From Armatimonadota bacterium (lineage in GTDB: Bacteria > Armatimonadota > UBA10988): a stretch of 51,781 bases of DNA. The notes beneath the pieces are model-generated. The model saw nothing but the letters and a program-made list of their open reading frames with translations. It made no database searches and was not told the DNA's origin. Position numbers and translations under genes: made by a program. The stretch lies in the NCBI GenBank assembly GCA_016235455.1, contig JACRKZ010000140.1, forward strand, positions 1 through 51,781. The letters are read 5' to 3'. Below are positions 18,634 through 27,500 of this stretch, piece after piece (position 1 is the stretch's first letter; each line of letters begins with the position of its first letter).

Positions 18634-20130
18634 TCAGTCGCGGCCCGCGGTCCACACCGTCGAGGCCGCCAGTACGCCACGGAAGGTCAGGTTGGCGTCG
18701 CCGGCGGGGTCGGGCACGCGACCGCGCGCCGTAGGCGTGCGCCACAGGTGGCCGGCGCCGCTGGCCGGGCCGCGCGGGTCATAGAGCACCCGCTCGGGGT
18801 CATAGGGCAGCAGTGGACAGCAGCCGTCAAAGTCATACAGCCGCTCAGGCAGCGTCAACTCGATGCCGCGCTCGGCGGCGCGGGTGGCATAGAGGGTGCG
18901 CTCCTCGGCGGTCATGGTCGGTCGGCTATCGGCGGCGAGTTGGCGCGTCTCGGGCACTTCGGCACCCACCATGGCCAGCAGCCACTGCGCCTCGGTGGGC
19001 AAGTGCTTGCCGCACCCGGCCACGTAGGCGCGTGCTGACTGGTAGCTGACACCGGTGATCGGCGACTGGCGCATGGCGCGCGGCGGCTGGTCGGCGGACC
19101 AGTGCGGCAGGTAGGTGTCGCGGTCGACGGCATGGCGCGAGACGCGCGAAGGACGCCACAGCGGGTGCGTGCGCGTGAACTCGGCGAAGCGCTCGTTGCT
19201 GATCGGCTCGCGGTCGATGAAGAAGGCCGGCACCACCGCCCGGGCCAGACAGAAGACCGTGCCCTCGCTGGTCAGGTTGGGCGGCTTGAGCCAGGGCCGG
19301 CCGTTCAGGTAGGCCTCCTCGCGGCGGGCGAAGGCGCGCAGGAAGATCTGGCGGCCGCGCGGCGTGAGGCCCAGGAAGATGCGGGCGATCTCCGGCGGTG
19401 CGTCGCGCTTGAAGGAGTCGCGGCGGGTGGGCATGCCCGGCAGGTCGAGCAGGCGGGTCAGCGGCATGGGCACGGGCAGCCGGAACTCGCCGCCGCTGAC
19501 GAAGACCATGATGCTGCCGTCGGCGGCGCGCTGGTCGGTGGTTACCAGGCGGAACCGCTCGGCTTGTCGGGCCGACTCCTCGCGGTCGCGCGCGGCCCGG
19601 CAGACGGCCTGCGCCAGCAGCCAGCGGCCATAGGGCGAGAGCATGTCGGGCGCCTGATGCAGCAGCGGATAGGCCGCGCCGATGGCCCCGCGCGCGGTCG
19701 CGCCGCCGGCGGCCACAGCCGAGGGCAGCAGCGCCACGAGTAGGCGGTAGCGCACCATGGGCAGCGGGTCGTCGACGGGCGCGCTCAGTTCGGCCAGGTC
19801 GGCGCCGCGACCGGTGGTCTGGCGCCACAGCCGCTCGGCGAGGGCCTGTTCCTCGGGCAGCATCGGTGGATAGGCGGGGGCGGTGGCCAGGCTGTAGCCG
19901 ACGGCTGCGGCCTTGGCCTCGTCGACGCGGTACCAGGCCAGCGCCAGGTCGCTGAGGCGCTGCTCATCAATGACCCGGCGCAGGCGCAGCAGCGCCTCCG
20001 ACAGCGGATCGGTAGTGGGTGCGGTGGGCTGGGCGAGCCGTTGGGCGGCGGCCAGGCCCGCCCGACCGGCGAGCGAGACACGGCGTCGTCGGCGCCACCA
20101 CCAGCGTAGCCGGGCTCGCCAGCGCCGCAT
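18634..20130 (-). CDS. Protein with C-terminal formylglycine-generating-enzyme-like (SUMF1/FGE-sulfatase) domain
   Basis: MVFVSGGEF, AFFIDREPISNERFAEF, PITGVSYQSARAY..GKHLPTEAQW, LTFRGV. Start placed at ATG 20130. Confidence 0.7.
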   Translation of the reverse strand: MRRWRARLRWWWRRRRRVSLAGRAGLAAAQRLAQPTAPTTDPLSEALLRLRRVIDEQRLSDLALAWYRVDEAKAAAVGYSLATAPAYPPMLPEEQALAERLWRQTTGRGADLAELSAPVDDPLPMVRYRLLVALLPSAVAAGGATARGAIGAAYPLLHQAPDMLSPYGRWLLAQAVCRAARDREESARQAERFRLVTTDQRAADGSIMVFVSGGEFRLPVPMPLTRLLDLPGMPTRRDSFKRDAPPEIARIFLGLTPRGRQIFLRAFARREEAYLNGRPWLKPPNLTSEGTVFCLARAVVPAFFIDREPISNERFAEFTRTHPLWRPSRVSRHAVDRDTYLPHWSADQPPRAMRQSPITGVSYQSARAYVAGCGKHLPTEAQWLLAMVGAEVPETRQLAADSRPTMTAEERTLYATRAAERGIELTLPERLYDFDGCCPLLPYDPERVLYDPRGPASGAGHLWRTPTARGRVPDPAGDANLTFRGVLAASTVWTAGRD

Positions 20131-20135
20131 GGGAG

Positions 20136-20831
20136 TTAACCCGTCAGCCGCGCGAACCAGTCGCGCTGCTCGGGCAGCAGTTCCTCGACCCAAGCCATGA
20201 TGGTGGGACCCTCCACCTCCGTGAGTGCCTTGGCAAACAGCTCGGCCACGTCGTCGGGCGACTGGCCACGCCGCAGCATGGCCGTGCCCTGCAGATAGAT
20301 GGCCGTATGCGCGTGGCTGTCGATGGTGATAGCCTCCCGGCAGCGGCGTATGCAGCCGTTCCAGTCCTCGGCGGCCAGCGCCAGCGCGGCCAGTGACACC
20401 AGCAGTCGGGCCTCGAACTCGTCGCCCAGGATGCCCTGGTCCTCGAGGATGAGCGGTTCGGCGTCGCGCCGCTGGAGCACATCGTGCATCAGGTCGACGG
20501 CGCGCTGGTAGCAGTCCCAGGCCTCGCCATCCTGGTCGAGTGCATCGTGGGCCTGCGCCAGCAGGTAGGCGATGAGCACGTTGTGCCCGCAGTCGGTCGT
20601 GGCGTAAGGGGTAAGAATCTCGATGATCTGCGGGGCGTTGCCGGGGGTCACACCGTCGTCGGCCAGGGCGCGCGCCCGCCGGTACTCGCGTTCGGCGAGC
20701 ATCTCCGCTGCGCTCTCGGCGAGGAAGCCGGACTTGCTGGCCGCCACCTGCTTGGCCAGCTTCTCGGCACCCTCGGCGGCCTGGCTGGCCGCGCGTGAAG
20801 CTGCAACGCGCAATCGATCGAAGAAGCCCAT
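20136..20831 (-). CDS. TPR-repeat protein
   Basis: MGFFDRLR N-terminus; YLLAQAHDAL...AWDCYQRA and CREAITIDSHAHTAIYLQG TPR-like helices. Confidence 0.7.
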   Translation of the reverse strand: MGFFDRLRVAASRAASQAAEGAEKLAKQVAASKSGFLAESAAEMLAEREYRRARALADDGVTPGNAPQIIEILTPYATTDCGHNVLIAYLLAQAHDALDQDGEAWDCYQRAVDLMHDVLQRRDAEPLILEDQGILGDEFEARLLVSLAALALAAEDWNGCIRRCREAITIDSHAHTAIYLQGTAMLRRGQSPDDVAELFAKALTEVEGPTIMAWVEELLPEQRDWFARLTG

Positions 20832-20851
20832 AACACGTCCACCACAGCTCC

Positions 20852-20924
20852 ATTATACGCTTGCCACGAGTGCCCGCGCAATGCGCGGCGGGTGGTTGGT
20901 GTCAGCGGCGCGGTGTGCTATGGT
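20852..20924. promoter_or_regulatory. Back-to-back divergent sigma70-type promoters
   Basis: Minus strand TTGCGC(20881-76)-N18-TATAAT(20857-52); plus strand TTGGTG(20896-901)-N17-TATGGT(20919-24) with extended TG. Confidence 0.55.
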
Positions 20925-20975
20925 TCGCGTTTGGCAGGGCCTGTCGCCACGCGCGGGCCGAGATGGAGGAAGAGC

Positions 20976-21977
20976 ATGAAGTTGGCGCTGCTGAGTGGGG
21001 CGCATGTGCACACCCCCGGCTATCTGAAGACCATCCGCGAGCGCGACGACCTGGAACTGGCGGTGGTGTGGGACGACATGCCCAGCCGCGGGCAGGAGAT
21101 CGCCGAGAGCATGGGTTGCCCGTTCCAGGCCGACCTGGCCCAGGCGCTGGCCACCGCCGGGCTCGACATTGCCGTCATCTGCGCCGACAACGCCAGCCAT
21201 CGCCCGCTGGTCGAAGCGGCTGCCGCGGCCGGCCTGGACATCTTCTGCGAGAAGCCGCTGGCCCTGACCGTGGCCGATGCCGACGCCATGCTGGCCGCCG
21301 TGCAGTCGTCCGGCGTGAAGTGCGTGATCGGCTTCTTCCAGCCCTATCCCGGCGCCGCCATCGCCGCGCGCCGTTTCCTGGCCGAGGGCGGCCTGGGCGA
21401 ACTGACCCACGTCGGCTATCGCAACGCGCACCACGCGGCCTACGGACACTGGTTCGACTCGCCGAGCCACCAGTGGTTCGTGGACAAGTCCAAGTCGGGC
21501 GGCGGTGCGTTCTGCGACATGGGCGCCCATGCCATGCACTTCGCGCGGCTGTTCTTCGGCCCGGTCAGCACGGTCATGGCCGACATCTCCAACAAGTCCG
21601 CCGAGTACCCGACCGTGGACGACCACGGCGTGGCCCTGCTGCAGTTCGCCAGCGGCGCCACCGGCATCCTGGTCGCCTCCTGGGTCCACACCGGCGGGCC
21701 CGGCGGCCTCGAAGTCGTCGGCTCCAAGGGTCGGCTGCGCCTGGAGGGCAACACCTGTCGGGTCACGCCGTTCATCGACGGCCGTGGCGGCGAGACCTAT
21801 GAGCTGACGCCGGCCGACGGCCAGTCGTCCAGCCTGCAGCGGCTGTTCGACCTGCGTGACGGCAAGCTCGACGCCGACGAGGCGGCCTACGACCTGCTGT
21901 GCGCGCGCGACGCCGTGGCCATCAGCGTGGCTGCCTATGAGTCGGCCGCCACCGGCCAGCGCGTGGCGGTGGCGTAA
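20976..21977 (+). CDS. Gfo/Idh/MocA family oxidoreductase
   Basis: DIFCEKPLA, GGGAFCDMGAHAMH; GGAGGA RBS. Confidence 0.92.
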   Translation: MKLALLSGAHVHTPGYLKTIRERDDLELAVVWDDMPSRGQEIAESMGCPFQADLAQALATAGLDIAVICADNASHRPLVEAAAAAGLDIFCEKPLALTVADADAMLAAVQSSGVKCVIGFFQPYPGAAIAARRFLAEGGLGELTHVGYRNAHHAAYGHWFDSPSHQWFVDKSKSGGGAFCDMGAHAMHFARLFFGPVSTVMADISNKSAEYPTVDDHGVALLQFASGATGILVASWVHTGGPGGLEVVGSKGRLRLEGNTCRVTPFIDGRGGETYELTPADGQSSSLQRLFDLRDGKLDADEAAYDLLCARDAVAISVAAYESAATGQRVAVA

Positions 21978-21988
21978 CCCTCTCTCGC

Positions 21989-22057
21989 TTGTGGTTCGGC
22001 CTTCAGCCGGTTGCCGTTGGCACGGTCGGCTGCGACCGCCTGACGGCCGAACTACAA
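21989..22057. repeat. GTAG-type REP doublet (inverted repeat)
   Basis: TTGTGGTTCGGCCTTCAGCCGG (21989-22010) versus the reverse complement of 22036-22057, TTGTAGTTCGGCCGTCAGGCGG: 19/22 identical. Confidence 0.75.
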
Positions 22058-22086
22058 ACGAGGGCCCCCATTTCGAGGTAGTACCC

Positions 22087-23337
22087 ATGCCCATCGCGGC
22101 CGACGCGGTCCGGCCTCCAGCCGACCCCGCGGAGTTCGACGCCTGGTATCAGGTCTTCATCGACACCTTCTTCACCGACGGCGACAAGGACGTGATCTGC
22201 CGCGTCTACCGTGCCTACATGGAAGGGCTGCCGACGTACCGGCCGTCGCTCTGCCGCGGCATCTGGCGCGACGGCCGCCTGGTCTCGCGCTACGGCTTCT
22301 TCGACCGCGAGTTGCTGGTCGGTCCCAGCCGGCTGCGCTGCGGATGCATCTGCGGCGTTGCCACGCTGCCCGAAGCACGCGGGCAAGGCCTGGGCGCACG
22401 GCTCATGTGGGACAGCGTGGAGGTGGCGCGCGCCGAGCGCTGGCCGCTGCTGCTGCTGGCCGGCATCAGCAACTTCTACCACCGGTTCGGCTACATCGAC
22501 TGCCTGGACACCGTCGAGCACTCGTTCACCCTTGAGGCCGCGTCCGCGCTGCCGGCGAGCAGCTACACTGTTCGTGAGACGACGCCCGACGACGCAGCCG
22601 CCATCCTGCGGCTGTACCACGGCTCGTTCGGGCATCTGACCGGCTGCTTCGACCGCACCTTGGCCGAGCAGCGCCTGCGCCTGGATCTGCTGCCGCCCGA
22701 GCGCGCGCAGGTGGTCGCGGTCGATGGCGACGGGGTGGTGCGTGGCTGCCTGAACCGCGAGTGGCGCGGCTGGGGTGACGCCGCGGAGGAGGTCACGGCC
22801 GAGGACGAGCAGGCCTTGCTGGCGCTGCTGCATCGGCATGTCCAGGAGGCGGGCAAGCTCGATCCCGTGCCCGAGCGGCTGCGCTGGTACCCGCCCGAGG
22901 CCAGCCGCGAGCTGTACATGCTGGAGAGGCTGGTGGGCCTGCACAGTCAGCGCTGGTCGCGTCCGCGCGGCGGCTGGATGGCGCGCATCGGCCATGTAGG
23001 CGCCTTCTGGGAAGCGATGCTGCCCGTGCTCGGCCAGCGTTGGGACCTACGGCCCGAGCGGCGGCTGACCATGGTGGTCGATGGCGAGGAGCACGGCCTG
23101 CACCTGGCCGGCTCGAGCGCGCGACTCGCGGCGCCCGATGGCGACCGCGTGGTCTGGAGCCAGGAGGCGCTGACCCAGGCGGTGTTCGGCTTCCGGCCGG
23201 TGCGCTGGCTGGCCCAAGGCCGTGGCCTGGCACAAGGCCAGGCCCTTGGGCTGGAGGCGGCCGACGACCTGTTGCCGGCGCTCGAAGCGCTGTTCCCGCT
23301 GGGCCGCCCGACCATCGCGCGGACCGACGATTTCTAG
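22087..23337 (+). CDS. Eis-like multi-domain GNAT acetyltransferase
   Basis: GVATLPEARGQGLG acetyl-CoA motif, FYHRFGY, SCP2-like C-terminus ending in DDF. Confidence 0.85.
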   Translation: MPIAADAVRPPADPAEFDAWYQVFIDTFFTDGDKDVICRVYRAYMEGLPTYRPSLCRGIWRDGRLVSRYGFFDRELLVGPSRLRCGCICGVATLPEARGQGLGARLMWDSVEVARAERWPLLLLAGISNFYHRFGYIDCLDTVEHSFTLEAASALPASSYTVRETTPDDAAAILRLYHGSFGHLTGCFDRTLAEQRLRLDLLPPERAQVVAVDGDGVVRGCLNREWRGWGDAAEEVTAEDEQALLALLHRHVQEAGKLDPVPERLRWYPPEASRELYMLERLVGLHSQRWSRPRGGWMARIGHVGAFWEAMLPVLGQRWDLRPERRLTMVVDGEEHGLHLAGSSARLAAPDGDRVVWSQEALTQAVFGFRPVRWLAQGRGLAQGQALGLEAADDLLPALEALFPLGRPTIARTDDF

Positions 23338-23350
23338 AGGAGCTGGCCCG

Positions 23351-24448
23351 ATGGCTGAGGCCGAACCGCTGGTACTGCTGACCGACGAGGAGCGCGACCA
23401 GGGCCTGATGGTGCTGGCGCGCGTGTTCGTGCCGCACGCCAAGCCCGAACGCGTGGCGAGCCGCTGGCGGCGGATGCTGCTTGAGGACCCGGGCTTCCTG
23501 GCCTTGCTGGGCGTGCGCGTGGACGGCGAGATGGCCGGCGCCGTCTGCCTGCTGCGGCGCCAGGTCTGCCTGGGCGAGGCGCAAGTTGATGTGGCGGTGG
23601 TCCGCAGTCTCGGCGTGCTGCCCGACCTGCGCCGCCAGGGCGTGGCCACGGCGTTGTGTGACCTGGCAGCCGAGACGTCTCGCACCGCCGGCGTGCCGCT
23701 CCTGGTCGTCAATGCGCCGACGGGCTTCTTCGGCGGGCGCGGCTTCGTCAAGGTGCACGACCCGCACCAGGTGCTGATCGAGATGCCGGCGGCCCGATCG
23801 CTGGTGCCGCGCATCGACCGCATTCGGCCTGCTGCGCTGGCCGATGTGCCGTTGCTGACGGAACTGTACTTGCGCCATTTCGCCGGCTACCTGGGTGCGC
23901 CCCGACGTGACCAGGGCGAGATCCGCCGCCGACTGCTCGAGCGCCTGCCCGACCAGGCGCCGATGCTGATGGTCGACGAGGCGGGCCAGGTGCGCGGCTA
24001 CTTCTGGCCCGGCGGCGGCGGCTGGCCGCCGCGGCCGGCGGAACTGCTGGCACTCGACGCCGAGGCCGCGCGCGACCTGGCGCAGTACCACGCGCACCGT
24101 TCGGGCGTATGGGGAGGCGTAGAGCCGATGCGGTGGGTGGTGCCGGCCGACGCGCCGACGGTTGCGGCCATCGCCGCGGTGCTGCCCGTTCGGGCCGAGA
24201 CCGACGCCGCCGATGACACCGGACCCATGGCCCGCGTGACCGATGCCCAGGCGCTGCTGGCGGCCATGGAGCCGGAGCTGGCGGCGCGGTCCGGCGAGCC
24301 GCGGCCGGACTTCGCGGCGGCGAGCGATGCGGTGCTGGCGCAACTGGTCTTCGGGCGGCGATCGCCGGCGGAACTGGGGCTCGACGGTGCGGCCTGGGCC
24401 GCCTACTTCCCGGTGCGGCCGGCGTGGATGCCGGAACTGGCGGGCTGA
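23351..24448 (+). CDS. Eis-like GNAT acetyltransferase (divergent paralog)
   Basis: LGVLPDLRRQGVA motif, FFGGRGF; same overall layout as the upstream gene. Confidence 0.75.
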   Translation: MAEAEPLVLLTDEERDQGLMVLARVFVPHAKPERVASRWRRMLLEDPGFLALLGVRVDGEMAGAVCLLRRQVCLGEAQVDVAVVRSLGVLPDLRRQGVATALCDLAAETSRTAGVPLLVVNAPTGFFGGRGFVKVHDPHQVLIEMPAARSLVPRIDRIRPAALADVPLLTELYLRHFAGYLGAPRRDQGEIRRRLLERLPDQAPMLMVDEAGQVRGYFWPGGGGWPPRPAELLALDAEAARDLAQYHAHRSGVWGGVEPMRWVVPADAPTVAAIAAVLPVRAETDAADDTGPMARVTDAQALLAAMEPELAARSGEPRPDFAAASDAVLAQLVFGRRSPAELGLDGAAWAAYFPVRPAWMPELAG

Positions 24449-24460
24449 GTTCGCATCTCT

Positions 24461-24555
24461 CGGTCGCACAAAGATCCACAGATGACGCAGATCACACAGA
24501 TGGCTGATCTTCGCGTCTGTGCCAACCGCGTAATATGTGGATCTTTGTGCGACCG
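24461..24555. repeat. 95-bp palindromic MITE/REP-like element with perfect 20-bp terminal inverted repeats
   Basis: CGGTCGCACAAAGATCCACA (24461-80) / TGTGGATCTTTGTGCGACCG (24536-55); internal 9-mers CACAGATGA-CGCAGATCA-CACAGATGG; fills the gap between convergent genes. Confidence 0.85.
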
Positions 24556-24557
24556 CG

Positions 24558-27500
24558 CTACATCTCCGCCCCACGCCGCAGACACACCTGGATGCTCGTC
24601 TCCATGTCCTGGTTGATAAGCTTGGGCAGTTCCGCGCGCTCTTCGGCGTTGCTCAGCGCCACCAGTGCCACCGCGGCCGCGTAGCGCGTGTCGATCGCGT
24701 TGAGGTCGCTGGTGATCACCGCGCGCAGCGGGGCGATGGCTCGCCGGTCGCCGAGCCGGCCCAGCGCCCAGGCGCACTCGGCCCGCCAGCAGGGGGTGAG
24801 GTCGTTGTGCAGGAAAAGCACGCCCGGCCCCAGCGGATCCGGCCGGCCATGTGCGGCTTCGGGCTCGCTGGCCAGGCCAGCCAGCAGGCTGTCCGCGGCG
24901 CTCGGGTCGCCCATCTCGCCCAGCGCGCGCGCCAGGAAGAAGCTGACCCAATGGCGCGCGGGCAGTTCGTCGACGACCGGGATGCCGCGGTCGAAGACGC
25001 GCTTGATGGCGCACGGCGCTTGCCGCCAGCGGTCCAGCGCGGCGCACAGGCGCGGCACATAGCGCTTGTCGCGGCACAGGGCCGACAGCGTCTGCGCGGC
25101 CCGGATGTCACCGCCCGGTGAGCCGGCCCAGGCGCCATGCTTGGTGCTGATGGCCGCGGCCAGGGCCGGATCGCTCTTGGCCGCCTGGTCACCCAGCAGC
25201 GCCAGGCATGTCTCGATCACGGCCTCGGCCTGAACCGAGCGGCGGATGACGCGGCCGGCCAGTGCTTCGTAATCGTCGGTGCCATAGGCCAGCAGGCGGT
25301 CGGGGTCGGTGGGGATGGAGCGCAGGATGGCCGGCACCACCGGCCCGGCCTGCGTCGATCCCAGGCGGTCGAGGGCTTCGAGGATGAGGTAGTGCGGCGG
25401 CGAGGCATGGCAGGCCATGAGCGCGGGGTGGTCGCCGTACCACTCCGACAGCCGCCAGTGCTCGCGCAGGTTGCCAAAGGCAGCGATCAGTGCGGCCTCG
25501 GCCGGCTTGGTGCCGATGCTGCCCAATGCCTCGGCGCAAGCCTCGGCCAGGAACAGGTTGCCTGGGCCGGGATCGCCATACTTGCCCAACGCCTCGGCCA
25601 GCAGCGGTACCAGGCTCTCGTCACCCAGTCGGCCCATGGCCCGGGTCACGGCCTGCAAGGTGCGCGGGTTCTCAGCCGAGGCGCTGTTGAACTGCGCCGC
25701 GTCGGACACGTGGCCCTGGGCGCGCCAGGTCGGGTAGGGGTTCACGTCGCGCTGCGCGGTGAACCACGCCTTGAGCGCCGGCACGGCCGAGGCATCGCCG
25801 CTGTGCGTCAGTGTGACGGCGGCGCGCCGCACCTGGTCGCGGGTGCCCGAGGCGAGGCGGTCGAGCAGTTCGGCCTGGCGGGCCGGCCACGCTTCGGGCG
25901 AGCACGCGGCGCGCCAAGCGGCAATCTGCGCCGAGCGCTTGTCCGCCGATGCAAAGGCGTCGAACTCGCCGCGCCAGCCAGTCAGGTTCTCCACCGCCAC
26001 CGCGGCGCCTTGGGCGACGATGGGGTCGGCGTCGGCCAGCGCATCGAGCAGCGCCGGCACGCTGGCCCGGTTGCCACACGAGGCCAGCGCCATGGCCGCC
26101 GCCAGCCGCAGCTCACGGTCGCCGCTCTTGAGGCAGCTGGCCAGCGCCGGCGCGGCCTTGGGGTCGCGGAACATGGCCAGGCGCTGGATAGCGCCGATAC
26201 GCTGGTCGTCCGGCCCTTCGGCGGCGACGTTGGCCAGCGCGGCCACCTCGGCTGCGCCGGTGTCGCCGGGGAGGCCATCGTGGCGATTGAGACCGGCGAT
26301 CTCGCGGAAGCGGTCGAACTGCAACTCCATCATGCCGGTGACGGCGGGGTTGTTGCCGCGGAACTGGAAGGGCCGGCGGTCGGGGACCAACCGCACGGGC
26401 TTGACCTTGGCCGCCAACGGCGCACCGGCCAGCGGCTCTCCGCCGCGTGGCGCGACCTGGCGCGGCTGATGGCAGCCCACGCAGCCGCGCTTCTCGCCCG
26501 GCCGCACGAAGATCCACGACATCTCGTTGAGCTCCGAGCGGCCTTCGGCATCGACGGCCTGCAGCGCGATGGCGGTGTCGGCGGGCACCTCGATGGCGAA
26601 GGAGCCGTCGGCGGCCAGCGGCACGGTGCCCAGCTCGGTGACCGTGTTGCCCGCGTGGACGATGTAGGAGTGCGACGAGCGCAGCGTCTGGCCACCACCG
26701 GCCAGCACGCGAATGGCCCGCACATGCGACCAGCCGGCCGCCGTGTTCTTGGTCAGCCGCGCGTTCTGGCAGACCAGGATGCCGGTGGATGACGGGCTGT
26801 CCTCCTTGGCGCGGTCGACACCCGACGCGATGACCGGCGGCCGGCGGCGGGCGAGCAGGCTGACCGGCGAGTGCAGGCCGGTCTCGAAATTCTTGAGCAG
26901 GATGACAGCCCCCGGCTGGGCCTGACTGGGATCGACCAACGCCAGCGTCCGGTAGGTGCGTTCGTGGGCCCCGCCGCCCTTGACCATCTCCGACACGGCC
27001 AACCGCTTGGGCAGGCTGACCAGCAGGCGCCCGTCAGGCATGGCGGCGACGTCGCCGGCCTCCACGTTGAGGTGGCGTATATCGCCTGGCGTGCCGCCGG
27101 GCCGGCCGATGGCCACGCCGGAGCCCGTCAGGAAGGCCACGCGGCCGTCGGGCAGGGGGGCTGGGCTGCCGACGTTGTAGGCGCGCAACCGACCGCCATA
27201 GTCAGGCCCGAGATCGAGTCCGAACTCGGTGTAGCCATGCGTGCCGTCGGGATGGACCGCGTGCAGCAGTGTCTCCACCTTGCCGCGGTCGAAGAAGTTG
27301 TCCGAGCGGATGAAGATGATGCGGCCGTCGGCCATGACCTCGGGCTCGTTGTCGAAGATGAACGTGCGTGTGAGCGGGCGGATGTCGCTGCCATCGGCCT
27401 GCATGGTGTACAACGCGCGCGACGGCGGGCTGTGGTACTCCTCGAACGTGCCGGCGCGCGTCGAGGTGAACACGATGCGGCCGTCGGGCAGTTCGGCGGG

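Noticed and set aside
20131-20853. N-terminal extension of the 739-aa ORF 18634-20853
   Set aside because: Arg/Pro/Gly-rich off-frame translation overlapping the TPR gene; the real start is more likely ATG 20130.
24461-24555. Possible CRISPR mini-array
   Set aside because: Repeats are inverted or 9-bp tandem, with no direct repeat-spacer periodicity and no cas genes.
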